DNA of 64,000 nt, from the NCBI GenBank assembly GCA_038831915.1, contig JAWBKB010000002.1, positions 1-64,000 of the forward strand. Reading direction: 5' to 3'. The stretch comes from Candidatus Caldarchaeum sp. GTDB lineage: Archaea; Thermoproteota; Nitrososphaeria_A; Caldarchaeales; Caldarchaeaceae. Positions within the stretch are counted from its first letter, which is position 1. The number at the start of each line of letters is the position of its first letter. Both the position numbers and the translations under genes were made by a program. Shown here piece by piece: positions 30,054-40,239 of the stretch. The notes beneath the pieces are model-generated. The model was not told where the DNA came from and searched no databases. It saw only the letters and a list, made by a program, of their open reading frames with translations.

Positions 30054-30552
30054 CCTCTGGAAAAAACCAATCATCTTTACGGAACAATTGAGGGAAAAAG
30101 TTAGGAAGCCGTTCGGCGAGCTGAAAAAAGGCGACATCCAATACAACGCAGAATTGGCTATAGCCGACCTGTTAGTTGTGGTGGGTGATTATTCGTTCCG
30201 CAAACTTGTCGAAGCCGGAATAAGACCTCACGTCGTTGTGGTCGACGGGAAAATAGAACGCGGTGTGGTTGGAACACCGGACCTAGCCGGATATTCTATT
30301 GTCAAGGTTCGGAATCAAGCGGGAATGGTCGAACCTGAAGCCGCGGCAGCTGTGGTTGAAGCTATCATGAAGCGCGGCGGCGCCGTTTTGGTGGATGGTG
30401 AAGAAGATTTGCTAGCTTTGCCGGCGATGTACGCGCTTCCAAACGGCGGACTGCTCATCTATGGACAACCCAAAGTTGGTTACGTAGTGGTAAGGGGGTC
30501 AGAAGAAGTTAGACGAAAAGTGGTTGAAATCGTGAATCGCGCTATTCCTTGA
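30046..30552 (+). CDS. DUF359 GTP-dependent dephospho-CoA kinase
   Basis: VVGD, VDGKIER, VDGEEDLLALP, YGQP. Confidence 0.9.
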   Translation: MTDLWKKPIIFTEQLREKVRKPFGELKKGDIQYNAELAIADLLVVVGDYSFRKLVEAGIRPHVVVVDGKIERGVVGTPDLAGYSIVKVRNQAGMVEPEAAAAVVEAIMKRGGAVLVDGEEDLLALPAMYALPNGGLLIYGQPKVGYVVVRGSEEVRRKVVEIVNRAIP

Positions 30553-30694
30553 ATTTGGTGTATCCGCATTTTCCGCATGTGTATCGGTTGCCATGGTCTG
30601 CCATGAAAAACCCAGACCCACATCTCGGACATGAGACAAGATTTCTCGTTAACTTGTTATTGACGATACTGTATCTTTTCCAGAGACCTTCCAT
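30542..30694 (-). CDS. rps27ae: Ribosomal protein S27ae (eS31; not in the ORF track)
   Basis: Manual translation MEGLWKRYSIVNNKLTRNLVSCPRCGSGFFMADHGNRYTCGKCGYTKFKE; alternative start at 30700. Confidence 0.93.
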   Translation of the reverse strand: MEGLWKRYSIVNNKLTRNLVSCPRCGSGFFMADHGNRYTCGKCGYTKFKE

Positions 30695-30696
30695 GC

Positions 30697-30987
30697 TCAT
30701 TTCTTCGGCTTCTCCGCTAAGTTGTTTCTGATAAGGATATGCAAGGGCTCGAATGCCTTGATACTGTCGAGCGAGTCATAGATGTGCGCCTTTACGTCGA
30801 TGAGCCTCGTCCCCGTTAGATAAGACATTTTTCTGATGACGATGTTGTTGACGTCTGTTTTGAAATGTTCTGCTAATAATTGTCTAACTTCATCACGCTT
30901 CACAGGTTTATCGTAGGCGATTTTACCGCTGACTTCCTTTCGACCGACAAGCTTGTTTTCAATCATTCTAATGTCGGTCAGCGACAT
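30697..30987 (-). CDS. rps24e: Ribosomal protein S24e
   Basis: ENKLVGRKEV, AHIYDS..FEP; adjacent to S27ae. Confidence 0.88.
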   Translation of the reverse strand: MSLTDIRMIENKLVGRKEVSGKIAYDKPVKRDEVRQLLAEHFKTDVNNIVIRKMSYLTGTRLIDVKAHIYDSLDSIKAFEPLHILIRNNLAEKPKK

Positions 30988-30988
30988 A

Positions 30989-31399
30989 TCACCCCTCCTT
31001 CTTCACTAAAACGGCGTTAATCTGTGCGGTGGCTTCGCTGATCATGTTTCCTCTGACCGTGACTCGTTTCCTTAAACCTTTAACGAGTCTTTTTATCCTT
31101 TTCTTCTTACGCTTCGACGGAGGTTTTCGTCTTGGATGAAAACCTACGCCTCCCGTTAGAAGGACATGGACTTTCCTGGGCCCGGATACATCGGGTCTCA
31201 TCGGAAATCCGTCTTTATCCGAACCTCCTGTTATTTTGATGAGAAACCCCTTGTATCCAAAGGCGGAACCGTCAATCGTTTCGCCTATTCTCTTTCCTTT
31301 GAGAAGGCTGAATTGCTGCGGTGTGAGCTGTATCGTTGACGCTTTCTTCTGCCAAGGGTCTGACAGAACCATTCGCGGGCCGGCTGCTTGTTGCGACAT
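30989..31399 (-). CDS. rps6e: Ribosomal protein S6e
   Basis: KITGGSDKDGFPMRPDV, RKRVTVRGN. Confidence 0.95.
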   Translation of the reverse strand: MSQQAAGPRMVLSDPWQKKASTIQLTPQQFSLLKGKRIGETIDGSAFGYKGFLIKITGGSDKDGFPMRPDVSGPRKVHVLLTGGVGFHPRRKPPSKRKKKRIKRLVKGLRKRVTVRGNMISEATAQINAVLVKKEG

Positions 31400-31438
31400 C
31401 TAACAACTGAAGCCTTTCGTCAGCAATTTAAACATGTG

Positions 31439-33682
31439 TTAACGGGCCCAGAGAGGATTCTTCTTACGCATAATTTCCGTAAATTCCTCAAGTGCCTGTA
31501 ACCCCGTAGGGTCGAGCATCGAAGAATAATTCTTAAGAAGCTGACGAGCATCTCTTTCAGAAAGCCCTACGTAAAGAATTTCGTCTCCGTGAATGTTCCG
31601 TCCCACAACCCCGTCTTTTATCGACACGGCGACTTTCGCGCCCGCCTTTGCAAGCGATACTGGCTGGCCTCTGTCCTGAATCTGCGATAAAACCCCCACA
31701 ACCTTACCCACAGAATTGACGAGGCTAATTCCAGGCTTGATTTCACCCGCCAAAACTTCAACACCGACTATCGCTGGCTCACTTCTCCTAAAGATAAAGT
31801 CCTTCAAAATCTTGATTTTGCCCGGCTTCGTCAAAGATTCGAATTCAGCCAACTGTTTGGCACGGGTTGTTTCCTCAACCCATGATTGGTAATCCTCCAC
31901 AAGCCTGAAAAGGACGTCGTTTTTAAACACACGTATTCCTCTCGACGCGGCTTCGCGTTCCACTTCCGGGTCTATGTCTACGCCGTAGGCGAGAATAACT
32001 CCGAGCAGTTCATCTTTCTGCCGTACAACATGAGCTTCCACGATGTCTTTCTTCGAGACGTCCCCCACATCGGCGACTCTGATTAGAACTCCCTTTTCTC
32101 TCAGATATTGGACGGCCGCCTCCAACGTGCCCAGTGCATCGGCCTTCACCACGACACCGATTTTGTCAGTTGAAAGAACGAATTCAGTGGTTTCTTCAGA
32201 CAATTTGCGTAAATCTTCAACCTCGTTTCGTACTTGCAGCACAGGGGAGCCTGCTATTGCTTCTTCAAGGCCTTCGGCGACAAGTTTCACACCCGCCGCG
32301 GCGCGTATTTCATCCACGTTTTTCAATTGGTCTTTTGGGTCGCGTATTTCTTCGAGAGGTTTCGGCATTAGCAAGGCCTTAATTTTTGAAATCGTGGGCC
32401 CTTTTTTGCTAAGAAAAGCTATGCGGTCTCCAACTCTCAGAAATCCGCTGTGAACCAAGACGTTCGCAGTAGCTCCGAGTCCTTCCTCTTCGACGATTTC
32501 AAGAATGACCGCTGCACCTCTGTCTTCTTTTCGCACGAGCTGTTTTTTCATGAATTGTTGTGCAAGTCCGAGAAGAAGAAGTAGCAGGTCTGGAATACCT
32601 TCGCCTGTTTTTGCGCTTACAGGAACGATTGCGACAGTGTCGGCGAAAGATCGAATGCGGGTGTAGAGGTCTGATTTGAAGCCGAGGAAGCTTAGGTCGC
32701 CGATAAGGTTGTAGATTCGGTTGTCAAGGTCTTCTGCGACGGCTTTCTGCTGCATGCTGTAGGTTTTCGTGAACGGAGCGTTGTTTAATGGTTTCCATCC
32801 GTTTATCATGTCGATTTTGTTGGCAGCCACGATGAATGGGGTTTTGCGAGATCGTAGAAGTTGGATGCTCTCCTTGGTTTGTTCCTGCACGCCTTTCATG
32901 ATGTCGACAACGAGAATCGCCATGTCCGCCACCGAACCACCTCGGCGGCGCAAATTGGAAAAAGCAGCGTGACCCGGGGTGTCGATGAAAAGCAATCCTG
33001 GGATTTCCAGCTTCACTTTAAGCTCTCCAAGCAACAGTTTGCACGTCTCTTCAACAGCCTTGACTGGGAAAATCGTGGCTCCAATGTGCTGCGTAATTCC
33101 TCCTGCTTCACGTGAAGCTACCAAGGTTCCACGCATTTTATCCAACAGAGAAGTGTTGTGAAGAAAAACGTCGTGCGCAAGAAAATGATGACTCGGGGGA
33201 ACGGTGAAATCATAAACCCATTCATAATTAGGGCGGATTATCTCGATTTGTTCGACCTTTTTCACGGTGAATTGTTTGTTGTTTGCGGCGAGAACTCTGT
33301 CACCCGGCGAAAGGCTACTCGCACGCGATGGTACGAAAACTCCGTTAGGTCTACCAACTAAGTAAGGGTGTTCAGGTGTTGTTTCGATTTCATCACCACC
33401 GGAAACATTGATTCGTGTCATGTTTCGAGGAGCTTTTCGCCGCCAAAGCAAAACCGCCGGGGAGTAACTCGACGTATCTAAGCCGAGTAGCTGAGGTGGT
33501 GTTTTTGGCTGGACAACGACACCATCAGGAATTTTCTTGTAAGGACTTTGGTGCGAAAATTTTTTGAAAACTTCGGCCGCGGTATAGTCTCCGTTTTCAG
33601 TGGCAATTATTGTGCGTGGTGCGACGCATTTTCCGTGATCGACATGTCCAAGAACTACGACGATGGGTTCTCTGTAGCTCAT
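31439..33682 (-). CDS. infB: Translation initiation factor aIF5B (IF2), intein-containing
   Basis: GHVDHGK|T, EAGGITQHIGA, DTPGH, NKID; insertion inside the P-loop. Confidence 0.96.
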   Translation of the reverse strand: MSYREPIVVVLGHVDHGKCVAPRTIIATENGDYTAAEVFKKFSHQSPYKKIPDGVVVQPKTPPQLLGLDTSSYSPAVLLWRRKAPRNMTRINVSGGDEIETTPEHPYLVGRPNGVFVPSRASSLSPGDRVLAANNKQFTVKKVEQIEIIRPNYEWVYDFTVPPSHHFLAHDVFLHNTSLLDKMRGTLVASREAGGITQHIGATIFPVKAVEETCKLLLGELKVKLEIPGLLFIDTPGHAAFSNLRRRGGSVADMAILVVDIMKGVQEQTKESIQLLRSRKTPFIVAANKIDMINGWKPLNNAPFTKTYSMQQKAVAEDLDNRIYNLIGDLSFLGFKSDLYTRIRSFADTVAIVPVSAKTGEGIPDLLLLLLGLAQQFMKKQLVRKEDRGAAVILEIVEEEGLGATANVLVHSGFLRVGDRIAFLSKKGPTISKIKALLMPKPLEEIRDPKDQLKNVDEIRAAAGVKLVAEGLEEAIAGSPVLQVRNEVEDLRKLSEETTEFVLSTDKIGVVVKADALGTLEAAVQYLREKGVLIRVADVGDVSKKDIVEAHVVRQKDELLGVILAYGVDIDPEVEREAASRGIRVFKNDVLFRLVEDYQSWVEETTRAKQLAEFESLTKPGKIKILKDFIFRRSEPAIVGVEVLAGEIKPGISLVNSVGKVVGVLSQIQDRGQPVSLAKAGAKVAVSIKDGVVGRNIHGDEILYVGLSERDARQLLKNYSSMLDPTGLQALEEFTEIMRKKNPLWAR
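33155..33628 (-). mobile_element. Mini-intein (158 aa, no homing endonuclease) in aIF5B
   Basis: Starts with Cys (CVAPRT), block B TPEHP, block F VYDFTV, ends HN followed by extein Thr. Confidence 0.93.
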
Positions 33683-33741
33683 CTCCGGTCAGCAATGTTT
33701 TGCGTAAAACTAATAGTTATCCGCGGTTGCCTTATGTTGGT

Positions 33742-34722
33742 TTGGTCGTCGTTTTGGGCATCGAGTCGACAGCACATACCTTCGGAGTCGGGATCGTCGA
33801 TTCGGACGGGAGAATCCTCGCTAATGTAATGAAGACATATAAACCCGTTTCGGGCGGCATACATCCCCGGGAAGCATCCCAACATCATGCAGCATATGCA
33901 GCAGAAGCTGTTGCCGAAGCGTTCGAAATAGCGGGGATAAAGCCAAATGACATAGACGCTGTTGCGTTTTCACAGGGCCCTGGAATGGGGCCCTGCCTCA
34001 GAACTGGGGCGACTGTTGCGAGAACCATTTCGCTAAGCCTAGGTAAACCCTTAATAGGGGTTAATCACGGCATCGCCCATATCGAAATCGGAAAACTAGT
34101 GACAAAATGTACGGACCCAGTAGTGCTTTATGTGGCGGGGGGAAACACGATGGTTGTTGCGCTCGTGGAGAAAAGATATCGGATTTTGGGAGAGACACTA
34201 GACATAGCGGCTGGAAATTGTCTCGACGCTTTCGGAATTACAGCAGGCATAGGACCGATGCCCGCCGCAGAAATTCAAGCATCAAAAGGTAGCAAGATTT
34301 ACGAATTTCCTTACAAGGTCAAAGGAATGGATGTGTCTTTTTCTGGTATTTTGACAGCTGCTGAAAGACTGCTCAAAGGTGGTGCCGACTTGAGCGATGT
34401 ATGTCTTTCGCTTACTGCAACTGTTTACAGCATGTTGACTGAAGTTACTGAAAGAGCTTTAGCCATGACGGGCAAACCTTCCCTACTCCTAGTCGGTGGC
34501 TTGGCTCGGAGTAGAAGGCTTTGCCAGATGCTAGAAACGATGTGCAGAGACCGAGATGTATCGTTTAACGTTGTTCCTCCCGAATACGCTGGTGACAACG
34601 GAGCCATGATAGCTTGGACGGGCTTGCTAATGCACAATTGTGGAGCTTTTCTAGATATCGACAAAAGCATGGTCAAGCCGAAGATGAGAGTTGACGAGGT
34701 AGAGGCATGCTGGAGTCTTTAG
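33742..34722 (+). CDS. kae1: KEOPS t6A synthase Kae1
   Basis: GIESTAHT, GGIHPREA, GPGMGPCL, NHGIAH, DNGAMIA; start estimated at TTG 33742. Confidence 0.95.
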   Translation: MVVVLGIESTAHTFGVGIVDSDGRILANVMKTYKPVSGGIHPREASQHHAAYAAEAVAEAFEIAGIKPNDIDAVAFSQGPGMGPCLRTGATVARTISLSLGKPLIGVNHGIAHIEIGKLVTKCTDPVVLYVAGGNTMVVALVEKRYRILGETLDIAAGNCLDAFGITAGIGPMPAAEIQASKGSKIYEFPYKVKGMDVSFSGILTAAERLLKGGADLSDVCLSLTATVYSMLTEVTERALAMTGKPSLLLVGGLARSRRLCQMLETMCRDRDVSFNVVPPEYAGDNGAMIAWTGLLMHNCGAFLDIDKSMVKPKMRVDEVEACWSL

Positions 34723-35351
34723 ATTTCGTAGAGAAACGCGTCGTAAGAGTTGGTGCCGAGGCTGTCATAAAAGAAGCCACATGGAAAAATCTCAAGGTGA
34801 TCATGAAACACCGCGTTCCCAAACGCTATCGGGAGGAATTAATTGATTTGAGAGTGAGGAGGAGCAGAACAATTCACGAAGCAAAAATGCTTCTCTATCT
34901 ATCGGAGCATGGAGTACCTGTTCCGCTGCTTTTTTTCGTCGACCCCGTGGAAAACGTGATCTACATGCAGTACATCGAAGGGTTGGAGCTCAGAAACCAT
35001 CCTGAACCGATACAAAGGGCGGAAAAGCTCGGATTAATCGTTGGAAAAATGCACAGCCTCGACGTGACACACGGAGACCTTACACTTTCAAACATCATCG
35101 CCGACCAAAAGGAGGGAGTTTGGCTGGTAGACTTCGGGCTAAGCCTCTTCAATTCAGATCTCGAAGAAAAAGCCATCGACATACATCTGCTCGAAAGGTC
35201 GGCTGCTAGCACTTTTCCGCAGCAAACTAGGAAATTTTTCTATAAATTCATGAATGCATACGCGACTTTCTGCGGCCAAGACACCGCACGCGAAGTACTA
35301 GAGAAGATGAAGGAAATCAGAAGCAGGGGAAGGTATGTTGTCCGAGGATGA
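34707..35351 (+). CDS. bud32: KEOPS kinase/ATPase Bud32
   Basis: GAEA, HGDLTLSN, DFGL, C-terminal RGRY. Confidence 0.93.
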   Translation: MLESLDFVEKRVVRVGAEAVIKEATWKNLKVIMKHRVPKRYREELIDLRVRRSRTIHEAKMLLYLSEHGVPVPLLFFVDPVENVIYMQYIEGLELRNHPEPIQRAEKLGLIVGKMHSLDVTHGDLTLSNIIADQKEGVWLVDFGLSLFNSDLEEKAIDIHLLERSAASTFPQQTRKFFYKFMNAYATFCGQDTAREVLEKMKEIRSRGRYVVRG

Positions 35352-35916
35352 GCTGACGTTCGTAACATCTAACAAACACAAAGCAGTCGAAGTTAGGGAA
35401 ATTTTCCGTTCACATGGAGCACGATGCCAAGTACACTACATGAAAACAATTGAAATTCAGTCAAACGACATCGCTGAAATTGCCATATTCAGCTCATTTC
35501 AAGCCTATCAGTTATTGGGAAAACCGGTTTTTGTGGAAGACGCGGGCCTATTTGTCGATGCTCTTAATGGCTTTCCCGGCCCATATTCATCATATGTGTA
35601 TCGAACCCTTGGGCTGGAAACGTTCCTCAAACTATTGAACAAAAGAAGAAATGCATTTTTTAAATCAGTGGTTTGCGTTTACGGCTTGTCCCGAGCGCCT
35701 GTCATCTTTTCTGGCGTGGTCAAAGGCAGAATAGCGACGGAGGCCAGAGGTGAAGGTGGTTTTGGTTATGACCCCGTTTTCATCCCAGCCGGCTCGACTA
35801 AAACCTTGGCGGAAATGAGCGTCGCGGAAAAAAACAAATGGAGTCATCGTGCGAAAGCCGTGGAAAAGCTGCTGCGTTGGCTTTATAAAGACCGTAAGAC
35901 GTTTCACACGAGGTAG
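35335..35916 (+). CDS. rdgB: Non-canonical purine NTP pyrophosphatase (RdgB/HAM1)
   Basis: TSNKHK, EDAGL, GFPGPYS, GFGYDP, SHR. Confidence 0.93.
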   Translation: MLSEDELTFVTSNKHKAVEVREIFRSHGARCQVHYMKTIEIQSNDIAEIAIFSSFQAYQLLGKPVFVEDAGLFVDALNGFPGPYSSYVYRTLGLETFLKLLNKRRNAFFKSVVCVYGLSRAPVIFSGVVKGRIATEARGEGGFGYDPVFIPAGSTKTLAEMSVAEKNKWSHRAKAVEKLLRWLYKDRKTFHTR

Positions 35917-35921
35917 TCCGC

Positions 35922-36356
35922 ATGGCCCGGATGCACGCTTCAAAACGTGGCAAATCAGGATCGACAAGACCTTTGAGTAAAATACCTCCTTCATGGGTGA
36001 GGCTCACCGCTGAAGAAATTGAACCTCTCGTGGTCAAATACGCAAAAGAAGGGTTGCCGCCAAGCATGATAGGCGTTGTTCTCCGAGATCAACACGGAGT
36101 TCCTTTGATAAAGCCGATAACAGGCAAAACTGTTCTGCAAATTTTGGAAGAAAACAATCTGAAGCCGCTGATACCCGAAGATTTGTCAAACTTACTCGAG
36201 AAAATCCGGAGAATGAAGCTTCATCTCGAGAAACATAAATCGGACGGCCATAACATTCACAGGCTTCAGCTCGTCGAGTCAAAAGTCAGACGGCTTCTGA
36301 AATATTACAAGTCAAGAGGAGTTCTACCGCTCGAATACGACCCGCTTAAGGTCTGA
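35922..36356 (+). CDS. rps15: Ribosomal protein S15 (uS15)
   Basis: MARMHASKRGKSGSTRP, ESKVRRL. Confidence 0.97.
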   Translation: MARMHASKRGKSGSTRPLSKIPPSWVRLTAEEIEPLVVKYAKEGLPPSMIGVVLRDQHGVPLIKPITGKTVLQILEENNLKPLIPEDLSNLLEKIRRMKLHLEKHKSDGHNIHRLQLVESKVRRLLKYYKSRGVLPLEYDPLKV

Positions 36357-36360
36357 TCGC

Positions 36361-37827
36361 TTGACTGATTTGGAAGCCGACCTGCAAAGTTTTCTGAGGA
36401 CAGCCGAAAAAGCAGCGGAAAAAATCCGACAGTGGATTAACGAAGGAGAACACATAAACATCTTCACACATAACGACGCCGATGCTCTTTCATCTGCTGG
36501 AATCATCTGTGCCTCTCTACGCCGAGAAGACGGCTATTTCCGTGTCAGGTCTCTAAACAGAATCGAAGACTTCATAGAACTTTATCAAAACGGTTACGTC
36601 GAATCTCGATGCATAATCTTTACAGACATGGGAAGTGGTAGCCTACCAGACCTTGTTTCACTTCTGGGCGATAGGTCTGTCGTGGTGTTAGACCATCACG
36701 AGCCACATGAAACAGAGCTTGCACCCGAATGGAGACATGTAAACCCTCATCTCCACGGATTTGATGGTGCACGTGAAATCAGCGCCGCTGGAGTAACTTA
36801 TTTCGTCTGCAAGGCATTGAACAGGGGGAACATCGAGTTTTCACCGCTTGCAGTTGTCGGAGCCTTAGGAGATTTGCAAGACAAAAACTCTGAAAGAAAG
36901 CTCCATGGATTGAACGAATTGATAGTCAAAGAAGCTGTAGAGAAGAACCTCATCGAGGTGAAAGACGACATCATCTTGTATGGTCGCACTTTCCGGCCAC
37001 TGCATTTGGCGCTAGCTTCCACCACCAGCCCCTACATACCAGGAATCAGCGGAAACGAACAAACGGCCTACCAATTTCTATCATCGCTCGAAATACCTCT
37101 GAAGAAAGGTTCAGAATGGAGAACGTTAGCAGATTTGACCGATGAAGAGAAGAAAAAATTGTACAACGGCATGATTGAGTATTTGGTAGCGAAAGGCCTG
37201 CCTTCAACCATTGCCGATGAGCTCGTCGGCAAAACATATGATTTGGTCAACGAACCGGTTTGGACTTACCTAAGGGATGCGAGGGAATACGCAACGCTGC
37301 TCAACGCATGTGGTAAATCTGGAAAAGGATGGCTTGGAATTTTGGTCGCGATGGGTGCGAGGGCGGAGATTTTGGACGAGGCGCAGAAAGTTTTGGAGGA
37401 TTATCGGATGAGTTTAGCGAAAGCCATGGATTACATATCTCAGCCGGGTGTGCTCGAAGAGCTTAACCACATCGTCGTTCTTAAAGGGGGCGATGTAATT
37501 GACTTTCGCCAAGTCAGCTCTATTGCTTCCGTTCTTTCATCTTCAGGCCTTTTGCCAAAGGATAAAGCTCTCGTCGCCTTGGCTAATGCAGGCAAACTCG
37601 TAAAGATTTCAGCCCGTGCATCGAAACAGCTAGTCGACCGTGGTCTAAACTTGGGCGCCATAACTTCGAAGCTGGGTGCGGCATACGGCGGACGAGGAGG
37701 AGGACACAACATTGCGGCAGGAGCTGAAATTCCCTCAGACAGAATGATCAAATTTCTAGCAGACTTCGACAAAGCAGTAGGTGAACAGCTTGCAGCATCC
37801 GATAATCAAATCGTCGATAGAAATTAG
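36361..37827 (+). CDS. DHH phosphoesterase, RecJ/Cdc45-like (GAN-type)
   Basis: HNDADA, TDMG, DHH, GALGD and GGGH motifs; S15-RecJ-Pcc1-S3Ae synteny. Confidence 0.88.
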   Translation: MTDLEADLQSFLRTAEKAAEKIRQWINEGEHINIFTHNDADALSSAGIICASLRREDGYFRVRSLNRIEDFIELYQNGYVESRCIIFTDMGSGSLPDLVSLLGDRSVVVLDHHEPHETELAPEWRHVNPHLHGFDGAREISAAGVTYFVCKALNRGNIEFSPLAVVGALGDLQDKNSERKLHGLNELIVKEAVEKNLIEVKDDIILYGRTFRPLHLALASTTSPYIPGISGNEQTAYQFLSSLEIPLKKGSEWRTLADLTDEEKKKLYNGMIEYLVAKGLPSTIADELVGKTYDLVNEPVWTYLRDAREYATLLNACGKSGKGWLGILVAMGARAEILDEAQKVLEDYRMSLAKAMDYISQPGVLEELNHIVVLKGGDVIDFRQVSSIASVLSSSGLLPKDKALVALANAGKLVKISARASKQLVDRGLNLGAITSKLGAAYGGRGGGHNIAAGAEIPSDRMIKFLADFDKAVGEQLAASDNQIVDRN

Positions 37828-38062
37828 GCTCAGAACAGCTGAGGAGGCCGAGGTGGTTTCAAGGGCGTTGAAGCCCGACGATAAACCGGTTCCACCCGGG
37901 CTTGAAGTCGAAACAAAACAGCTCGACAACACAGTGGTGGTAGAAATTTTCTGCAGCAGAGGATTTGCATCATTTCTCGCGACCGTTGACGACGTGCTGA
38001 GGATGGCCGCTGCCTCCGAAAAAGTGCTGCAAAGCATTTCTCCCAAACATAGAGATATATAG
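37790..38062 (+). CDS. pcc1: KEOPS subunit Pcc1
   Basis: ALKPDD..P, SFLATVDDVL; synteny. Confidence 0.8.
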   Translation: MQHPIIKSSIEIRLRTAEEAEVVSRALKPDDKPVPPGLEVETKQLDNTVVVEIFCSRGFASFLATVDDVLRMAAASEKVLQSISPKHRDI

Positions 38063-38086
38063 AGACGTCGCACATCACAAACAGAG

Positions 38087-38692
38087 TTGTCGAGGAAATC
38101 ATCCGAACAAAAGAAACCGAAAAAGACGTATGAAATCTATTCACCTCCCTATTTCGGAGGAAGATGGCTCGGCACGACGACAGCTGACGAAGACCAAAAA
38201 CTCATAGGCAGAGTTTTAAGAACCAGTCTCTACGCCTTGACAGATGACTTCTCAAAGCAGTACATGCAGCTCAAATTTAGGATATACGAGGTCAAGGACA
38301 GCATCTGCAACACGATTTTCTACGGACACGAATATGGACGAGAATATCTGAGAAGCCTCGTCAAGCGGGGAACGAACAAAATTGAATACATTTTCGACGT
38401 TACGACGAAAGACGGCTTCGTAATACGTGTTTATCCGGTGGTTTTCACTTCTTCGCGAATTTCGACCGCGAAGAAAAAAGCAATCAGAAAGATCATGAGG
38501 CAGGTTTTGGAAGAAGCCGCTGCCAACCTCACCCACGACCAGCTCGCTCAAGAGATGGTAGTTGGGAAAACGGCCTCAGACATTTACAACTTGGTTAAGA
38601 AGATTGTCCTGCCTCGACACGTCGGAATCTACAAGAGCAAGATTATCAAAATCGGGCAGATACCCGTCGCTGCAGCTGCTCCACAAGGGTAG
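38087..38692 (+). CDS. rps3ae: Ribosomal protein S3Ae (eS1)
   Basis: LIGRV, YLRSLVKRG, TKDG. Confidence 0.93.
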   Translation: MSRKSSEQKKPKKTYEIYSPPYFGGRWLGTTTADEDQKLIGRVLRTSLYALTDDFSKQYMQLKFRIYEVKDSICNTIFYGHEYGREYLRSLVKRGTNKIEYIFDVTTKDGFVIRVYPVVFTSSRISTAKKKAIRKIMRQVLEEAAANLTHDQLAQEMVVGKTASDIYNLVKKIVLPRHVGIYKSKIIKIGQIPVAAAAPQG

Positions 38693-38700
38693 CGAATCCC

Positions 38701-39030
38701 TTGGAAATTGACATGGAAGAATTCCGCAGAAAATTTCCGGCGCTGTACCATGAATTGGTCGAGGCGAAAATGAGCCTGAGAATTTCCGGGGTGCGGAGCG
38801 ACGGAAAGTTGGCGGAAAAAGAGGCCAGCTCAAAAACCCCCACCGTCATCGATTATCTTCGGAGATGCGATACCGACGAACAGGGCCGTGAAGTGATACA
38901 GTATCTTGTTAAGCAGGGAGAAATTTCAACCGAAACAGCCGAAACGCTTCTCAAACAACTTGACAAAAAAGGAATTCGAAGCTTTGGCTCGCGTAGATAT
39001 CCGGGCCATTATTGTCGGGAAGGGCTTTAA
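38701..39030 (+). CDS. DUF2095-like conserved archaeal protein
   Basis: FRRKFPALYHEL, PTVIDYLRRCDT, GIRSFG. Confidence 0.75.
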   Translation: MEIDMEEFRRKFPALYHELVEAKMSLRISGVRSDGKLAEKEASSKTPTVIDYLRRCDTDEQGREVIQYLVKQGEISTETAETLLKQLDKKGIRSFGSRRYPGHYCREGL

Positions 39031-40235
39031 CCTCTTTTCTTAGCTGAAACTATTGAAACAACGTCGTTGGGTTTGAGTGGTTGATTTTCTGCAAAACGCA
39101 TGCCGGTGAGGGCATCGACAGCATACAAAAACCCTTCGCCAAGCTCCGAGTGAATTTTAAACGCTAAATCCCTCGCGGTTGAATTTCGCGGCATCAAATA
39201 AACGTCGGGCAACACGTTTCCCTCGTGATCTGTCAAGGTGTGCGGGTTTTCCACCGGATAAACCGGGATGTAGCCAAGTTTTTCGAGATAAGCCTTGTTG
39301 ATCAACGTCTGTACTCCTGTTCCGTTCCATTTTTTGAAGACGTTTTCGCGAATGTATTCGAGAGCTTTTCTCTGTGCGGGTGTTAGCTTTGATTCGTCGG
39401 TGACTGTGAAGCTGCTGTCACCGGGCATGTACTTTACAAGTTGTTTGGCGGCTGCGAGACGGAGAGTTCTTTCTGCTTCCGCTGAAATTGCAACGACTTC
39501 ATATCCTTTCATTCTTATTTTTTCGACATTTTGCTCCGAACCAGGGATGTCTGTTTTGTTTGCGGCTACGATGACCGGTTTAGTCATCGAACGTATTTTT
39601 GAGGCCAGTGCACGTAAGTCAGCTGGAGACCATCCAGTAGGCCTAGATTTATCAAGACGAGCCGTTGATATTGCTTCTGTGACATGGTCTTCAGACACAC
39701 CTAATCCTGAAAGTTTTTTCGCGATTTCCTCCGTTAAAGAAACTTGTTTAGCTTCTGCTGCTCTCGAAATACGGGTCCAGTCGCGGCTGATTATTTCCGC
39801 CATCCAAGCGTCTATTTCGTCTATCACCATTTCCACATCTTCAACCGGGTCATGGCTAAACGGCTCGGCTGGAGTTCCGTCAGCGAGAGTAGCTCCCGAC
39901 GCATCGGCCACAATTATAAGAAGGGAGGCTTGCCTGATTTCGTCGAGAAATTTGAGACCAAGGCCTTTTCCTTTATGAGCGTTCTTGATTATACCTGGGC
40001 AGTCGATTATCTGTATAGGGACAAGTCGAACGCCGTCGATACACAAAGAGTTTTTAGGATTGTCTTTTACTCCGAGCTTTCTGCATATGCATGGGATACG
40101 GACGTAAGTAACTCCCACGTTGGTTTTCGTGGTAGTAAAAGGGTAGTTGGCGATTTCGACGTTTACGAGGCTGAGTGCTGAGAAAAGTGTGCTTTTTCCG
40201 ACGTTTGGCTTACCTACGATTCCAGCTATTTCCAT
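39027..40235 (-). CDS. ychF: OBG-family translation-associated GTPase/ATPase (YchF-like)
   Basis: GKPNVGKST, ANYPFTT, DCPG, NKTD, C-terminal TGS domain. Confidence 0.9.
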   Translation of the reverse strand: MEIAGIVGKPNVGKSTLFSALSLVNVEIANYPFTTTKTNVGVTYVRIPCICRKLGVKDNPKNSLCIDGVRLVPIQIIDCPGIIKNAHKGKGLGLKFLDEIRQASLLIIVADASGATLADGTPAEPFSHDPVEDVEMVIDEIDAWMAEIISRDWTRISRAAEAKQVSLTEEIAKKLSGLGVSEDHVTEAISTARLDKSRPTGWSPADLRALASKIRSMTKPVIVAANKTDIPGSEQNVEKIRMKGYEVVAISAEAERTLRLAAAKQLVKYMPGDSSFTVTDESKLTPAQRKALEYIRENVFKKWNGTGVQTLINKAYLEKLGYIPVYPVENPHTLTDHEGNVLPDVYLMPRNSTARDLAFKIHSELGEGFLYAVDALTGMRFAENQPLKPNDVVSIVSAKKRG

Positions 40236-40239
40236 AGTT

